Shown here: positions 39,032 to 51,944 of the stretch, piece by piece
Layout: each line of letters starts with the position of its first letter
Position numbering within the stretch: position 1 is the stretch's first letter
Assembly (NCBI GenBank): GCA_028826165.1
Contig: JAPDFW010000082.1
Span: 315,467-371,713, forward strand
From: Anaeramoeba ignava BMAN
Lineage: Eukaryota; Protista; Anaeramoebae
Direction of reading: 5' to 3'
DNA: 56,247 nucleotides
Made by a program: the position numbers and the translations under genes
Notes under the pieces: model-generated
Told to the model about the DNA's origin: nothing
Databases searched by the model: none
What the model saw: the letters and a program-made list of their open reading frames with translations, nothing else

Positions 39032-42000
39032 ATGGAATATCAAAAAATTAATTTGGAAACAATTCAACAACGGAAAAGTCGTTTTTTTGAGTATTGTGAA
39101 AAAGGAGAAAGTGATATGGTTCAAGAAATATTAACCAATCCATCATATAATTATCACACAGACACACAAAATGAAAAAGGACAAAATGCACTTCATGTTG
39201 CTGTTCGTGCAAATCAATATGAAATTTGCAAATTATTATTGGATGCTAAAATTAAACCTAGTGAAAAAGAAAAAGAAACTTCTCATTCTCCTCTTCATAT
39301 TGCTGCTAATCTTAATTACCCTAAAATTGCTAAATTGTTACTTGATTCTCTTGCTGATCCAACATTACCTGATAAAGATGGTTGGTAAGTGTTTTGTTTT
39401 TGGAAATAAATTTACAAACATTTAAAAACATTTAAAAATAAAATTAATAACAAATTTAAAAAGAAATTGAAAGAATGAATTTACAAATAAATTTACAAAT
39501 AAATTTAATAATCAATTTACAAATAAATTTACTAATAAATTTACAAATAAATTTACAAATAAATTTACAAATAAATTTACAAATAAATTTACAAATAAAA
39601 TTAATAATCAATTTACAAATAAATTTACAAATGAATTTACAAATGAATTTACAAATAAATTTAATAATCAATTTAATAACAAATTTAATAATAAATTTAA
39701 TAATAATTTTAATAATAAATTTACAAATAAATTTACAAATAAATTTAATAATAAATTTAATAATAAATTTACAAATAAATTTACAAATAAATTTAATAAT
39801 AAATTTAATAATAAATTTAATAATAAATTTACAAATAAATTTACAAACAAATTTACAAATAAATTTACAAACAAATTTACAAATAAATTAATAATAAATT
39901 TACAAATAAATTTAATAACAAATTTAATAACAAATTTAATAACAAATTTAATAATAAATTTAAAAACAAATTTAAAAACAAATTGAATAATAAATTTAAT
40001 AATAAATTTAATAATAATTTTAATAATAAATTTAATAATAATTTTAACAACAAATTTAATAACAAATTTACAAATAATTTTAATAATAAATTTAAAAAGA
40101 AATTGAAAGAATAAATTTACAAATAAATTTAATAATAAATTTACAAATAAATTTACAAATAAATTTACTAATAAATTTACAAATAAATTTACTAATAAAT
40201 TTACAAATAAATTTACTAATAAATTTACAAATAAATTTAATAATAAATTTAAAAATAAATTTAAAAACAAATTTACAAACAAATTTAATAACAAATTTAA
40301 TAATAAATTTAATAATAAATTTAAAAATAATAAGGACACCACTTCATTGTGCTCTTCATTCCAATTCAAAAGAAATTGCAATTATGTTAATGGATATCAC
40401 AAACAGTTTAGCAGAAATACCTGATTTTCAAGGATTATTACCTATACACGCTGGTGTTAAAAAAAACAGTGTTGATACATGTGAATTTCTTTATAAAAAA
40501 ATGAAGCCCAAAGCAACATACACTAAAACAAAAGAAGGACTTCTTCCTATTCATATTGCAGCAAAATATGGACAAATCCAAATAATAGAAATGCTAATGA
40601 AAAATAAAGTCAAAATCAAAACATTATCCAAAGAAAAAAGAACTGCTCTTCATTATGCAAGTGAAGCTGGTCAAAAAGAAACAGTTGAATTTTTGATTAA
40701 TGCTGGTCTTTCTGTTAATATAACTGATTCAAATAGGCTTACTCCTTTAACTTTGGCTCAAATGAATAAGCATAATGATGTATGTTCTATTTTGATGAAC
40801 CATGGAGCTAAAAGTGCTATTCATGAATTTATTAAGCTTGGGAAAGTTAATAAGATTAAAAAATTATTGAAAAAAAGAATGGAAATTGAAGGTAAAAATT
40901 ATAAAATTAAAATTAGAATTAAAATTAAAATTAAAACTAAAATTAAAATGAAAATTAAAATTAAAATTATAATTAAAATTAAAATTATAATTAAAATTAA
41001 AATTAAAATTAAAATTAAAATTAAAATTAAAATTAAAATTAAAATTAAAATTAAAATTAAAATTAAAATTAAAATTAAAATTAAAATTAAAATTAAAATT
41101 CTTTTTAAATTAAAATTCATTTATAAAATCAAAATTAAAATTAAAATCAAAATTAAAATTAAAATTAAAATTAAAATTAAAATTAAAATTAAAATTAAAA
41201 TTAAAATTAAAATTAAAATTAAAATTAAAATTAAAATTAAAATTAAAATTAAAATTAAAATTAAAATTAAAATTCATTTATAAAATCAAAATTAAAATTA
41301 AAATTAAAAATTAAAATTAAAAATTAAAATTAAAATTAAAATTAAAATTAAAAAATTCATTTATAAAATTAAAATTAAAATTAAAATTAAAATTCATTTA
41401 TAAAATTAAAATTAAAATTAAAATTAAAATTCATTTATAAAATTAAAATTAAAATTCATTTATAAAATCAAAATTCTTTTTAAATTAAAATTCATTTATA
41501 AAATTAAAATTAAAATTAAAATTCATTTATAAAATTAAAATTAAAATTAAAATTAAAATTAAAATTAAAATTAAAATTCATTTATAAAATTAAAATTAAA
41601 ATTAAAATTGAAATTAAAATTAAAATTAAAATTCATTTATAAAATTAAAATTAAAATTAAAATTAAAATTAAAATTCATTTATAAAATCAAAATTAAAAT
41701 TCATTTATAAAATCAAAATTCTTTTTTAAATTAAAATTCATTTATAAAATTAAAATTATTTTCTAAAATTCAGCTTACGACAAAGAAGAAAACAAACCTC
41801 TTCATCTTTCTGTTGCACTGAGAAATTATGAAATAACAGATTTACTAGTTACACAAGGAGCACAAATTGATTGCCTTGACGCAAATAAATCTACACCATT
41901 ACATATTGCAATAAAAAACGGAGATTTCCGAATTGTGGGATATCTAATATCCAAAGGAGTAAACCTAGAAATTGAAGACGGAGATGGAAACAAACCAATC

Positions 42001-45000
42001 CATTTAGCAATAATACACGATCATATGGAAATACTGAGAAAAATAGCAGGAACAGGAATTAATCTTCAGATGTATAATTCTCAAGGAACAACAGCACTGA
42101 ATATCGCAGCACAACAGAAAAACTTCGCTGCATTTCAAATACTATTTGATTTTGGAGCAGATATAAATATCTCAGATATCGACAAAAAAACACCTCTTCA
42201 TGAAGCTGTTGAAAGAGGACATTTTGATTTTATCAGCGATTTATTTGCAGCACGAACTCAAAAAAGTATCAATATAAATGCTGTTGATAATTTGGGAAGA
42301 ACACCCCTTATGTATGCAATCGAAATTGGAGACTTGAATATTGTTTCTCTTTTAATAAACAAGAACGCTGACTTGAATATATTGGATAATGAGAGAAATT
42401 CCGCATTACATTATGCAATTCGTTTTGAATTCAGCGAAATACTTGAAAAATTATTGGCAAGCGGAATCGAAATCCGCAATTCGGGCGATGGTTTGTCTCC
42501 ATTCCATCTTGCAATCAAATTTAACCAAATGTTAGTGTGCGCAAAGGCGCTATTGAATGCTAATGTGGGGCTTGATTCTCTGGATAAAGACGGGAATCAA
42601 CCAATACATTTCGCAGCAATTAGAGAGAACTTCAAATTCATCGCATGGATACAGAAATGCGGATGGAAAATCGATGCAGAGAACATGAAAAAAAACACTC
42701 CACTTCATATCAGTGCGAAGAAGGGAAAATTGGATGCAGTGAAACTACTTCTTGTGAAGGGATCAAACCCGAATTTGAGGAACAATCATAGTCAAACACC
42801 ACTCCATATTTCGTGCAAAAAGGGATTTTACGAGTGTGCAAAAGCACTGATTGAAAACAATGCGGAATTGGAATTAACAGATGAGAACGAAAAAACACCA
42901 CTTAGTCTCGCGATAGAGAACCAACACTACGATATTGCTCAATTACTTATATTAAGCGGTGTTCCTAGTCCTTTGGAAAGTGCGATTAATGATGAAGACG
43001 AGCGATTGTTCTCTCTTTATATCGAATTCGGATATCCAATTAATTTGAGAGACACAAACGGAAACACTCCGTTAAATCTTGCGATTGCAAAACGAAATTT
43101 ATCCATGATCAAAACAATCATGAAATTCAATCCCGACGCAAATATTCCCAATGCCGAAGACCTGGCTCCCATTCAGGAAGTTGCTCGATGGGGAAATTTG
43201 GAGGCCTGCCGCATCCTTCTTGAGCTAGGTGTTGGGCTTGATAATTACGAAAACGAGTCCGATTATCCGCACATTATCGCAAAAGAATCAAACAATACCG
43301 AATGTTATAAGATTCTTCAAAAACAATTTGAAATGATATCTTTTTTGAACCGAATCATTGAATCTCAAACTAATTACATTGATAATATCGCGTCGTTAAT
43401 GGAAGATATCGCGAAGATTTCTCAAATGGCAGGAATTCCAAACAGTTCAAGCAACCCAAATATCCAGCAGAGTATTAGCAACCTCAATGTTCTTGCGAAA
43501 GCCAAAATGAAAAAGGAAGCTGAAAAAATCTTCTTGAGAATCGAGAAGATTTACGAGGTCAACATCAAAATATTGGAACGATTGAAAACAGAACACGACA
43601 AATGGTCATCTCGATCCAGAATCGAAGATACAATCACAAAATTTCTTAACGAATTAACAATTTATGGGGAATATTTTGCAATTTTGGATATCATTCGCTC
43701 GCTGATGTTCAAATGCTTCAGCAACACAAACTTCCCAGCATTGGTCAAGAAACTTGAGGAGGAATCCAAAAACCAACCGTTCAATTTTCTCATTTTGTTT
43801 ATTCGCTCAATTCGAACAATTACGCGATATCCATTGCTATTGGATCAAATTTTCAAGATGAAAGACAAAAATCATCCCAAATACCAGAATGTTGTTTCTG
43901 CGCTTGGGAATCTCAAGAAAATATCGGAAGATATCGACGAATCAAAGAGGCTTGAACAAGAACGGATCAAAATTGAGCAAATCACGAAAAAACTAAAAGG
44001 AACGCAATCCGATTTGTCGCAAGATTACGGACGCAGATTTATTATGGAGGGTGTTTTGTTTGTATACAACCCACTGTTTATAACAACGAAGAAGAAGAAG
44101 AAAATAATTTCCAAGCTCAAGCGCAAAGAGAAAGGACAAAGCGCACGAACTACAAAACGATCTCAATACAGAAATGGTTGACAAAAACGGAGTTGATCTG
44201 AAGCCTCGTCTCGATAGAAAATCCGAGGAAAATACATCCAAAGATAATATTCTGGATGACTCACAACAGCCGAGACACAACCATAACGAAAACACAAAAA
44301 ATCCGCGAAATTCCGCAAAAAAGGGATTTGGAAATCATGATAGTAATTTCCAAAGCGATGATGAAAATCTAAATAAATTCAATAACTCTAATGATGATAT
44401 AAATATTGAGGAAATAAAATCACGAAGATCATCCACAATAGACACAAAAGACCCAAAAATGGCAGGAAAATATGGAGAGCTCATGAAAAAAAGCTTCCGA
44501 AGAACAACACAAATGGATAAATCTCCGCTTGAAAAATCAACATCACTTTTAGAACCAAATAAAAATTCAAGCATAATGAACCAAATTGCACGTAAAAACG
44601 ATCGGTCAATAACACAAGCAAGAAAAATCGAAGCATATGCGGTTAATTCCGCAGATAAACCCCCAAAAAGAAAGCCAAAAACAAGGAAAAATCGAGTTTT
44701 TTCAAATGTTTTTTCAAGAGGAAAAGATAATTCCGACGAACAAAATTCAAACAAAAACAAGAAAAAACAAGCAATTCCAAAAGCAGTTGGTTTGAGCTCA
44801 ACATTAAAAAACCAAAAAAGAGCAAAAAAGTCTCCTCAAGCCAAAAAATCAGAAAGATCTCAACTGAAGGCGCACTTGATGAAAATCTCATCCAAAAAGC
44901 ACTTGTTTCTTTTCAGCGATCTTCTTCTGATCTGCCGAGAAAAAAAGGATAACAGTTTTTTTGTTGAGGCAGAAATACCAGTCATATCAATATTTATTCA

Positions 45001-45628
45001 AAGTATTTTCAGAATACAACTTAACGGAAGAATACGATTTGCAATCAAAATCGTGACATCTCATGGCACATTCACACTTAGCGCAGATACAAAGAAAGAA
45101 ATTGAGAAATGGAAGAAAATGATTTCCGAAACAATAAATAATTACATCAAGAATTTGATTCAAGGCTCTCATGAAAAATTAAACCGTTTTGCAATCCAAT
45201 ACACAGAATCATTTACAAACGATTTAAATCAAGATTCAAGTTTAAGTTTGATGCAAAGTCCAAATCAAAATCGAAAAAATGGAAATGGAAATGGAAATGA
45301 AAATGGAAATGAAAATGAAAAAGGTGAAGAAACAAAATCTTTAGCAGATAAAAATGTTGCATTAAGATATATTGAAATGCCTGACAAAAATTCCAAACAA
45401 AACTTCTATTTATGGAAATGCACTTGTTGTTACATCCATTATCAAAGTGGAAACTCAAAAGTTTATCCAATTCGCTTTTTTTGCTTTGATTCAAGTCCAG
45501 AATCTTTGCAAGATAAAATATTCCAAAAAATACAAGCAAAAACAAATACAATTCCAGTTCCTGAACAAATTCGAATAATTGCAATTTTAATGGGAAATGA
45601 ATTGACATCTTTTCAATTTGAAATTTAA
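39032..45628 (+). CDS. Ankyrin-repeat + Dbl-homology (RhoGEF) + split PH domain protein
   Basis: Introns 39385-40334 (GW|TPLH) and 40892-41773; many ankyrin repeats; DH-like IIESQTNYI...IRTITRYPLLL...; PH RRFIMEG...HLFLFSDLLLIC...FTLSADTKKEIEKWKKMI. One apparent 1-nt frameshift near 44155. Confidence 0.85.
39475..40330. repeat. Intronic 12-mer satellite (AATTTACAAATA / AATTTAATAATA)n
   Basis: Direct reading. Confidence 0.88.
40900..41760. repeat. Intronic (AAAATT)n microsatellite
   Basis: Direct reading. Confidence 0.9.
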
Positions 45629-45923
45629 TTTGAAATTCTTAATGATTGAACAGAAACAAAAAAAAAATATTCACAAGTTTGGACTGAATTGTTTTTTTTG
45701 GATTGCTTATTTTCTTGCTTTCTTTTCAGACTTGTGCTGTGCTATTCTTTCTAAAAAAAAAATTCCATATTTTTTGTTTTTCTTTTCTTTTGATTTTTTG
45801 ATGAAGAATATTTATTTTGAATTTTGAAATTTCCAAAAAAAAAAAAAGAAAGAGAAGAAAATTTGAAAAAAAGAAGAAGAATTTTTTAATTTTGGAATGT
45901 TTTAAATGTTTTGAATCTAAATC

Positions 45924-46948
45924 TTATTTAATATTTTTGGATAAGAATTCAACAAAATTATCTTTAAGTTGTTCTTGATTTTTAACTGGAGCAATTTGTA
46001 ACATTTTAGAAAATTGACTCTTAAGACGTAAAAGTTCAGGAAAAGAGACTTTTTTAGTGAATCTAATGTAAAATAAGATAATCAAGGAAATTATAAAATA
46101 TAAAATATAAAATATAAAAATTAATTTAATTTAAATTATTTTAAAAAGGATATTTTTCTCTTTTGATTTGTAATTTTATCATCAAGTGTAATAATATCTC
46201 CTTTAATTGCATTTTTTTGTGCTGAAAAAAATTGTAAAGCCATTTCTTGAAGAATTTTGTCTTCTTGATAAAGAAAAGATGAATCAGTTTGTCTTTTAAT
46301 TTGAGTTGCTTTAGTAGGTTTTAATTGACTATTTTTTGAAAATAAAGCTTGTTCAATACTTTCCATTTCAAGTGTTTCATTTTCTTCATTAATAAGAAAT
46401 AAAGGTGAATCCCATTTATTTTTAGATTGAGGCTCTTCAAATCTTGATGATAATTCTTCAAAAATTTCTGATGGATAATTATCAAAATTTTGAATTAAAA
46501 AATTTTGTTGATTTTGATTCTGATTTTGATTTTCATTTTGATTTTGATTTTGATTTTCAATATCAATTTTTTCTTCTTGCTTTTTCAACCGTTTTTCATT
46601 CCATTCTCTTGTTTTTTCAATTGGAAAATCACAATAAACAACACAATAAGAAGTTGATACTTCTCTAACTGAACAAAATATTTCATATCTAAATCCTTTT
46701 ATTCCATTAACAGAATCAAGAATAACAATCGTATTTTTTGAAAGATGTCGAACAACTGAATCTCTTAATGTTGTTCTCATTGCCTTTTCACTATCAATAT
46801 CTTTATATATTTCTTTTCTTTTCATCCCAAGATTTTCTTCATTAATTAAAATAACTTCATGTTTTTTAGCTGTAAAATAAGCTTGAAGATCAAGAGCAAT
46901 TTTTGTTTTTCCTGTTGATGGTCTTCCACAAATCAAAACAAAAGGCAT
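45924..46948 (-). CDS. KTI12: KTI12 (Elongator-associated P-loop protein)
   Basis: MPFVLICGRPSTGKT, ILDSVNGIKGFRYEIFC, RFEEPQSKNKWDSPLF. Exon 2 (46067-45924) IRFTKKVSFPELLRLKSQF...FVEFL joins in frame through an AT-AC intron. Confidence 0.92.
46068..46153 (-). other. U12-type (minor spliceosome) AT-AC intron
   Basis: 5' ATATCCTTT, branch-site-like TTCCTTGAT (46089-46081), 3' TTTTAC; 86 nt, phase 0, removal restores the KTI12 C-terminus. Confidence 0.85.
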
Positions 46949-47075
46949 TTTATTTTAATTTTAGTTTTAATTTTTTTTTTTTTTTTGAAAAAAATGAAAA
47001 TTAAAAAATTTTTTCCGAATCGCAAAAATTTTTATTTTGATTTAAATTTGAATTTGAAAAAAGCAAAAAAAAGTT

Positions 47076-48916
47076 TTAAAACTTCTCTTGAAAGAAAAGT
47101 ACTGCTTGAGGAGAAAGTCCAAGATCTTTGAAAGTCTTATTAAAAAGAGATTTATCACTGAAATCAAGTTTAAGTCTAGGATATGAACTAATCAAAATAA
47201 AATCCTCTAATTGAGGTTCAAGTGACTCAGCAAAGCGAAAAGCATAACGAATTTCCCAGTCATTTTTGAACCTCCTTGTGAATTTTGATCCATCGATTTT
47301 TCGGAATAAAATTTGAGTAACTCCCTCAGTGTTCTCATCAGGTTCTGAAGGAATTTCTTCTAAAGATGAGCTGATCTTTTGTTGGATCCGATCTTTCTCG
47401 TCTTCTATTTTCTTTTTTTCTTGCTCTTCTTTTCTTTTTTGTTCTTCTAGTTTTTTATTTTCTTCTTCTTCGTTTTTTTGGTCAATTTCGAGCATTCTTT
47501 CATATTCTTCATCTTGTTCTTCTCTCTCAAGAACCGAGGTTGATTTACGCATTAATACTTCTGTTTCACCTTGTGTTTTTACTGAGAAGAAGAGCTCTTG
47601 AGTATTTAGTAGTCTATCATAAAGATTTATTTTCTGAATTGAACCTGAAGAAAAGAAATTAGAAGAAAAGAAATAATGAATGAATAAAATCATTGTTTTG
47701 TTTCTTTTTCTTTCAATATTTGTTTAAGATTTCTTTTTTTCTTTCAATATTTGTTTAAGATTTCTTTTTTTCTTTATTTCTTTCAATATTTGTTTAAGAT
47801 TTCCTTTCGAAATTTGTTTATATTAATCTAAATAAATAAATACCTTGAATTACGTCCAATAAATTTGGTTCATTTGTGTTTTCTATAATAGCTAAATATG
47901 GAAATTGTCGAAGATTTATAGATTGTCTTAAAATCTCAACTTGTTGGGATTCAATGTGATCTATATCTCCAATCCAAAACAAAAAATTTTGGTTTATCAA
48001 TGTGCAAATTTCTGAATCTGGTAGAATTTCTGTGCAAAACTTTTGAACTTCACCAGAAGGATTTTCAGTGTGAAGATAGAGAATTAATGGTTTTTTTTGT
48101 GTTTTGGCTGTGTTGAATAATTTGCTAATTGGTTCAAGAGAGAAATTTGGATGAAAGTAAGAATATTTTGATTCAAATGCAAAAATTTTATCATTATTAG
48201 CTGCAAGGTTTGGTGGAGCAATACGAACTATTTGTGAGATTGATAAACGTTGTGGATTTATTGGGTTACTGATTATCGGTTTATGATATTGATAATCTTC
48301 TTGATAATCTTCTTGATAATTTTCTTGATAATTTTGTGGATAATTTTGTTGATTATAAATGAGTTCTTGTATTTCTTGTGCTAGTTCTGTATCTGTTTTT
48401 TTAAGTTTTTCTTCTACTTTAATTTCTGATAAAACGATTGAATTTGCTTCATTTTTTTTTAATCCAAGAGCTCCAATAGGAATCTTTTGAATATTATAAT
48501 CAATATTAAATATTAAATTAAATATTAAATTAAATATTAAATTAAATATTAAAATAAAATATTAAATTAAATATTAAATTAAATATTAAATTAAATATTA
48601 AATTAAATATTAAATTAAATATTAAATTAAATATTAAATTAAATATTAAATTAAATATTAAATTAAATATTAAATTAAATATTAAATTAAATATTAAATT
48701 AAATATTAAAATATTAAATAAAATCTCTACAGAGCCATCAAGCATTGGGATTCCTTCAATATTTTGGCTTATAGGTTCAACATTTGTTAATTTATATAAT
48801 TCTTGTTTTAATTCCCAAATAGTATGTGTTTCTGGTAAAAAAGCATCAAAAATTTCATCATTACAAAAAATTTGAAAAGGAATTGTATTTGAATTTTGTT
48901 TTTCAGTTTGATTCAT
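47076..48916 (-). CDS. FAF1/FAF2-like UBX protein (ubiquitin-like, UAS, coiled coil, UBX)
   Basis: N-terminal ubiquitin-like exon, UAS-like PLILYLH...INQNFLFW...QFPYLAII, REEQDEEY coiled coil, UBX ILFRKIDGSKFTRRF...SSYPR...DLGLSPQAVLF. Confidence 0.85.
48500..48720. repeat. Intronic 12-mer (AAATATTAAATT)n
   Basis: Direct reading. Confidence 0.88.
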
Positions 48917-48979
48917 AATAAAAAAATAAAAAAATGAAAAAATGAAAAATGAAAAATGAAAAAAAAAAATTTAATTAGA

Positions 48980-49951
48980 TTAAAAATCAATTAAAAATTT
49001 TAATCCATCAATAATTGAGTTATTTTTAAATAATTCATCTAATTCAGTGGATTTTAATCGAAATTTGGAATGATCTTCAAGAATTTCAATCATTTCAATT
49101 TTTGTTGGCAATTCAAAATCAAGTTTTTCATAAAATAAATTAATTTGAAAACCTAAACTTTGAATTTCATGTTCTTGATTTTTTTTTCTAGAAATCAATA
49201 AATCAGGAAAATAATGTTTATCAAGAGAAATTGAAATGAAATTATAACTTTCCGATTGACTTGAAATGGAAATATCGTTAATTTCAAGTTTTTTTAATTG
49301 ATTTTCAAGTTCAATCATTTGTTGTTTTCTTGCAACAAAAGAATCTAAATATCGTTTAACAATTGTTTTGAATTTATGGAAATTCTTATTAAGAAATTGA
49401 ACAGAAATATTTTCAATAGGAATAAAGTAAGGTAAAGAATGCTTGAAAATTTCTAGTGAATCATTTTCATGATTAAATTGAAGAATAACAAGAAATTCGT
49501 TAATAAATTTTCCGTTATAAAAAATGTCAAAACAAATTGCTAATTGTTTTTTGTCATATTGATAAATTTGACAACCAGAAATGCGTTCTAATAATTTTCT
49601 TGCTTCAAGCTCTTCTTGATTTTCAATATTTTTGTTGTTTTGTTGATTTGAAGAAAGTTCATTTTCAATTTTTTGTTTTTCAAGTTTTTTTTCAATTTTT
49701 TGTTTTTGTTTTTGGTTTTTGTTCATTTTTTGATTTGTTTTGAGTTCTTGAAAAAAAGAATTGAGTTTTATTAATTCATCTCTTTTTTTGATTGATTTTA
49801 AAATGAGTGATTGTTTTGATGAAATTGATGATTTTTGGTTAAGTTTTTGAGAAAAAAGATCTTGTTTTTGAGATAAAATTTGAGATTGTTTTTGAAGAAG
49901 TTGAAGATGTTTATTTGTTCCTTTTTGAAGATTTAACGAAATTTGATCCAT
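48980..49951 (-). CDS. CENPO: Centromere protein O (Mcm21)-like
   Basis: N-terminal coiled coil, then ISG...LAICFD...FLVIL...IFKHSLPYFIPIE...FL...F...YLDSFVARKQQ, typical of the CENP-O double RWD region. Confidence 0.7.
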   Translation of the reverse strand: MDQISLNLQKGTNKHLQLLQKQSQILSQKQDLFSQKLNQKSSISSKQSLILKSIKKRDELIKLNSFFQELKTNQKMNKNQKQKQKIEKKLEKQKIENELSSNQQNNKNIENQEELEARKLLERISGCQIYQYDKKQLAICFDIFYNGKFINEFLVILQFNHENDSLEIFKHSLPYFIPIENISVQFLNKNFHKFKTIVKRYLDSFVARKQQMIELENQLKKLEINDISISSQSESYNFISISLDKHYFPDLLISRKKNQEHEIQSLGFQINLFYEKLDFELPTKIEMIEILEDHSKFRLKSTELDELFKNNSIIDGLKFLIDF

Positions 49952-50083
49952 AAATTTAAAAAATGGAGAAGAAAAAAAAAAATGAAAAAAATAAAATTTG
50001 AAAAAGAAAAAAAAAGAATTTGAAAAATGTTTTTTTGAATTGAATTTTGAATTGAACTTCATTTCTTGTTTTTGGTTAATTTT

Positions 50084-50940
50084 TTATTTGAATTGAATCA
50101 ATTTATCTTTGTTTCCCACGTAAAGAAGTGAAATTTTTTTGGGAAACCTGTTGTCATAAATAACAAAATCGATATCTTTATCAGTTTCTTCATCAAAAAT
50201 TTTTTCTGTTTTAAAATCTGGACCAACAAAACCTTTTTCCGTTTTATTTAAACTTCTTATATGATCAGTTTTTTTTGGAGTTAATTTTAAATGTTTAACT
50301 TCGTCTTGAAGGAAGTTAAGATATAAATTTTTTTGCTCATTTTGTTCCGTAATTCTTGCATTTCTGAGTTCTTTCATTTCAATAATAGCATTTCTTCTTT
50401 TTTTTTCATGTTTAGTTTTAGCAAGCTCGATAAGAAGTTTTTCATATTCCGCAAGTTTAGTTTTAAAATCTCTTCGATTTACATCAATTTTTTGAAAAAT
50501 AGGTGATGATTTTTGAGATTTTTGACGTTTTTGTTTTATATCATCTTCATTATCAATTTTTGGATCGATGATACAATTCTCAACTTCCTTAATTTCTTCG
50601 ATTAATTCTGCTTTTGCGCTATTGTCTTGATTCAATTTATCTAATTTCTCTTCATAAATTCTTTCTTTTTCTTGACGTTCATCATTTTTTTTTTCAATAT
50701 TTTTGCGAAATAAAGCTGTTTGTTCATCATGAATTTCTTGAGCTCTTTTTTGAATTTCTTCAAAAATAGAATTATGAAGATCTGTTCCAAGTTTTTCAGT
50801 TTGGGTCTTTTTTTTTTGCGTTTTTTCATTCCAAGATTGTGTGAAATCAATTTTTTCGCTTTCTTTATTTTCTTTATTAATTAATTTATTTATTTATTTT
50901 TTAATTTATATTTATTTTTAATTTATTAATTACCAGTCAT
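50084..50940 (-). CDS. Hypothetical coiled-coil protein
   Basis: Likely ATG ACT G|GTAATT at 50940, then an open frame continuing into ORF 50084-50635; no family recognised. Confidence 0.55.
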
Positions 50941-51101
50941 TTTCAGTGAAATTGAAAAGGAATAAAAAATGTAATAAAGGTAATATAGAAAAAGTAATTG
51001 AAAAAAAAGGAAAAAAATGATTTTTGAAAATCCACTTCCTTTTTTAATTTTTTTATTTTTTTTTAATTTTTTTTTTCCTTTTTTTTATTTTTCTTTCTTA
51101 A

Positions 51102-51938
51102 ATGAATTATAAAGTTTGGCTTATTACAGGTGCAACTGGAGAGCTTGGATCTCAAACAGCGGAATTAATTACAAAAAATTCACCAAATGACAAGTTAATT
51201 TTAACAGGAAGAAATGAGAAAAAAATGGAGGAAATAATGCAAAAATTGGATGATTTAATTCAAACAAAAAAAGATGAAAAGAAAGAAATTCATCATCTTT
51301 CCTTCATTACAGATCTCACAAAAGAAGGGAACTGTTCGAAACTAATAGAATTTACAATATCATCTTTCAAGAAACTGGATGTATTAATAAGTTGTGGAGG
51401 AATTTCTGAAAAAGAAGAAAATTTTGTTCAATTTTTAAAACTAAGTGAATGGGATGAAGTATTTCAAGTGAATTTTCGATCTGTTGTTGATTTAGTTCAA
51501 CAAAGCATTCCCTATTTGAAAGAAACACAAGGAAATATTGTTGTTGTTTCAAGTATTTCTGGTAAAATTCCTGAATCTGGAGCTGGTGCTTATTGCTGTT
51601 CAAAAGCTGCTTTAAATATGCTTGTCAAAGTTCTCGCTTTGGAATTAGGGACAAATATGATCAGAGTTAACGCTGTTTCTCCAAGTACTTTTGATTCATC
51701 GATGCATTCTCCCTTTTTTGATACTCAATCTCAATACAACAAATTCCTTCAAAATGTTCAACAAAATACTCAAGTTATTAATTCAAATATTTCTGCTTTG
51801 GATATCGCAAATTCTATTTATTTTTTGGCTAGTCCTCAAGCAAAATCTATTACGGGAATGAATCTTGTTGTTGATTGTGGTGTTTCTTTAAAAAATTCTA
51901 TTGAATTCCTTAATTTAGAAGATGAAAATTCCAATTAA
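51102..51938 (+). CDS. Short-chain dehydrogenase/reductase
   Basis: ITGATGELG, LDVLI, VNF, VSS, YCCSK, IRVNAVSP, ITGMNLVVDCG. Confidence 0.93.
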   Translation: MNYKVWLITGATGELGSQTAELITKNSPNDKLILTGRNEKKMEEIMQKLDDLIQTKKDEKKEIHHLSFITDLTKEGNCSKLIEFTISSFKKLDVLISCGGISEKEENFVQFLKLSEWDEVFQVNFRSVVDLVQQSIPYLKETQGNIVVVSSISGKIPESGAGAYCCSKAALNMLVKVLALELGTNMIRVNAVSPSTFDSSMHSPFFDTQSQYNKFLQNVQQNTQVINSNISALDIANSIYFLASPQAKSITGMNLVVDCGVSLKNSIEFLNLEDENSN

Positions 51939-51944
51939 TAAATT

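Noticed and set aside
35087-41283. Poly-(LK/IK), (NLQI)n and similar repeat ORFs
   Set aside because: They are intronic microsatellite translations.
44140-44181. Programmed frameshift between ORFs 41935-44181 and 44174-45628
   Set aside because: Removing one A from ACAAAACGAT gives a continuous frame (TTNDLNTEMVD), and there is no clear slippery heptamer. Homopolymer indel errors are evident elsewhere in the window.
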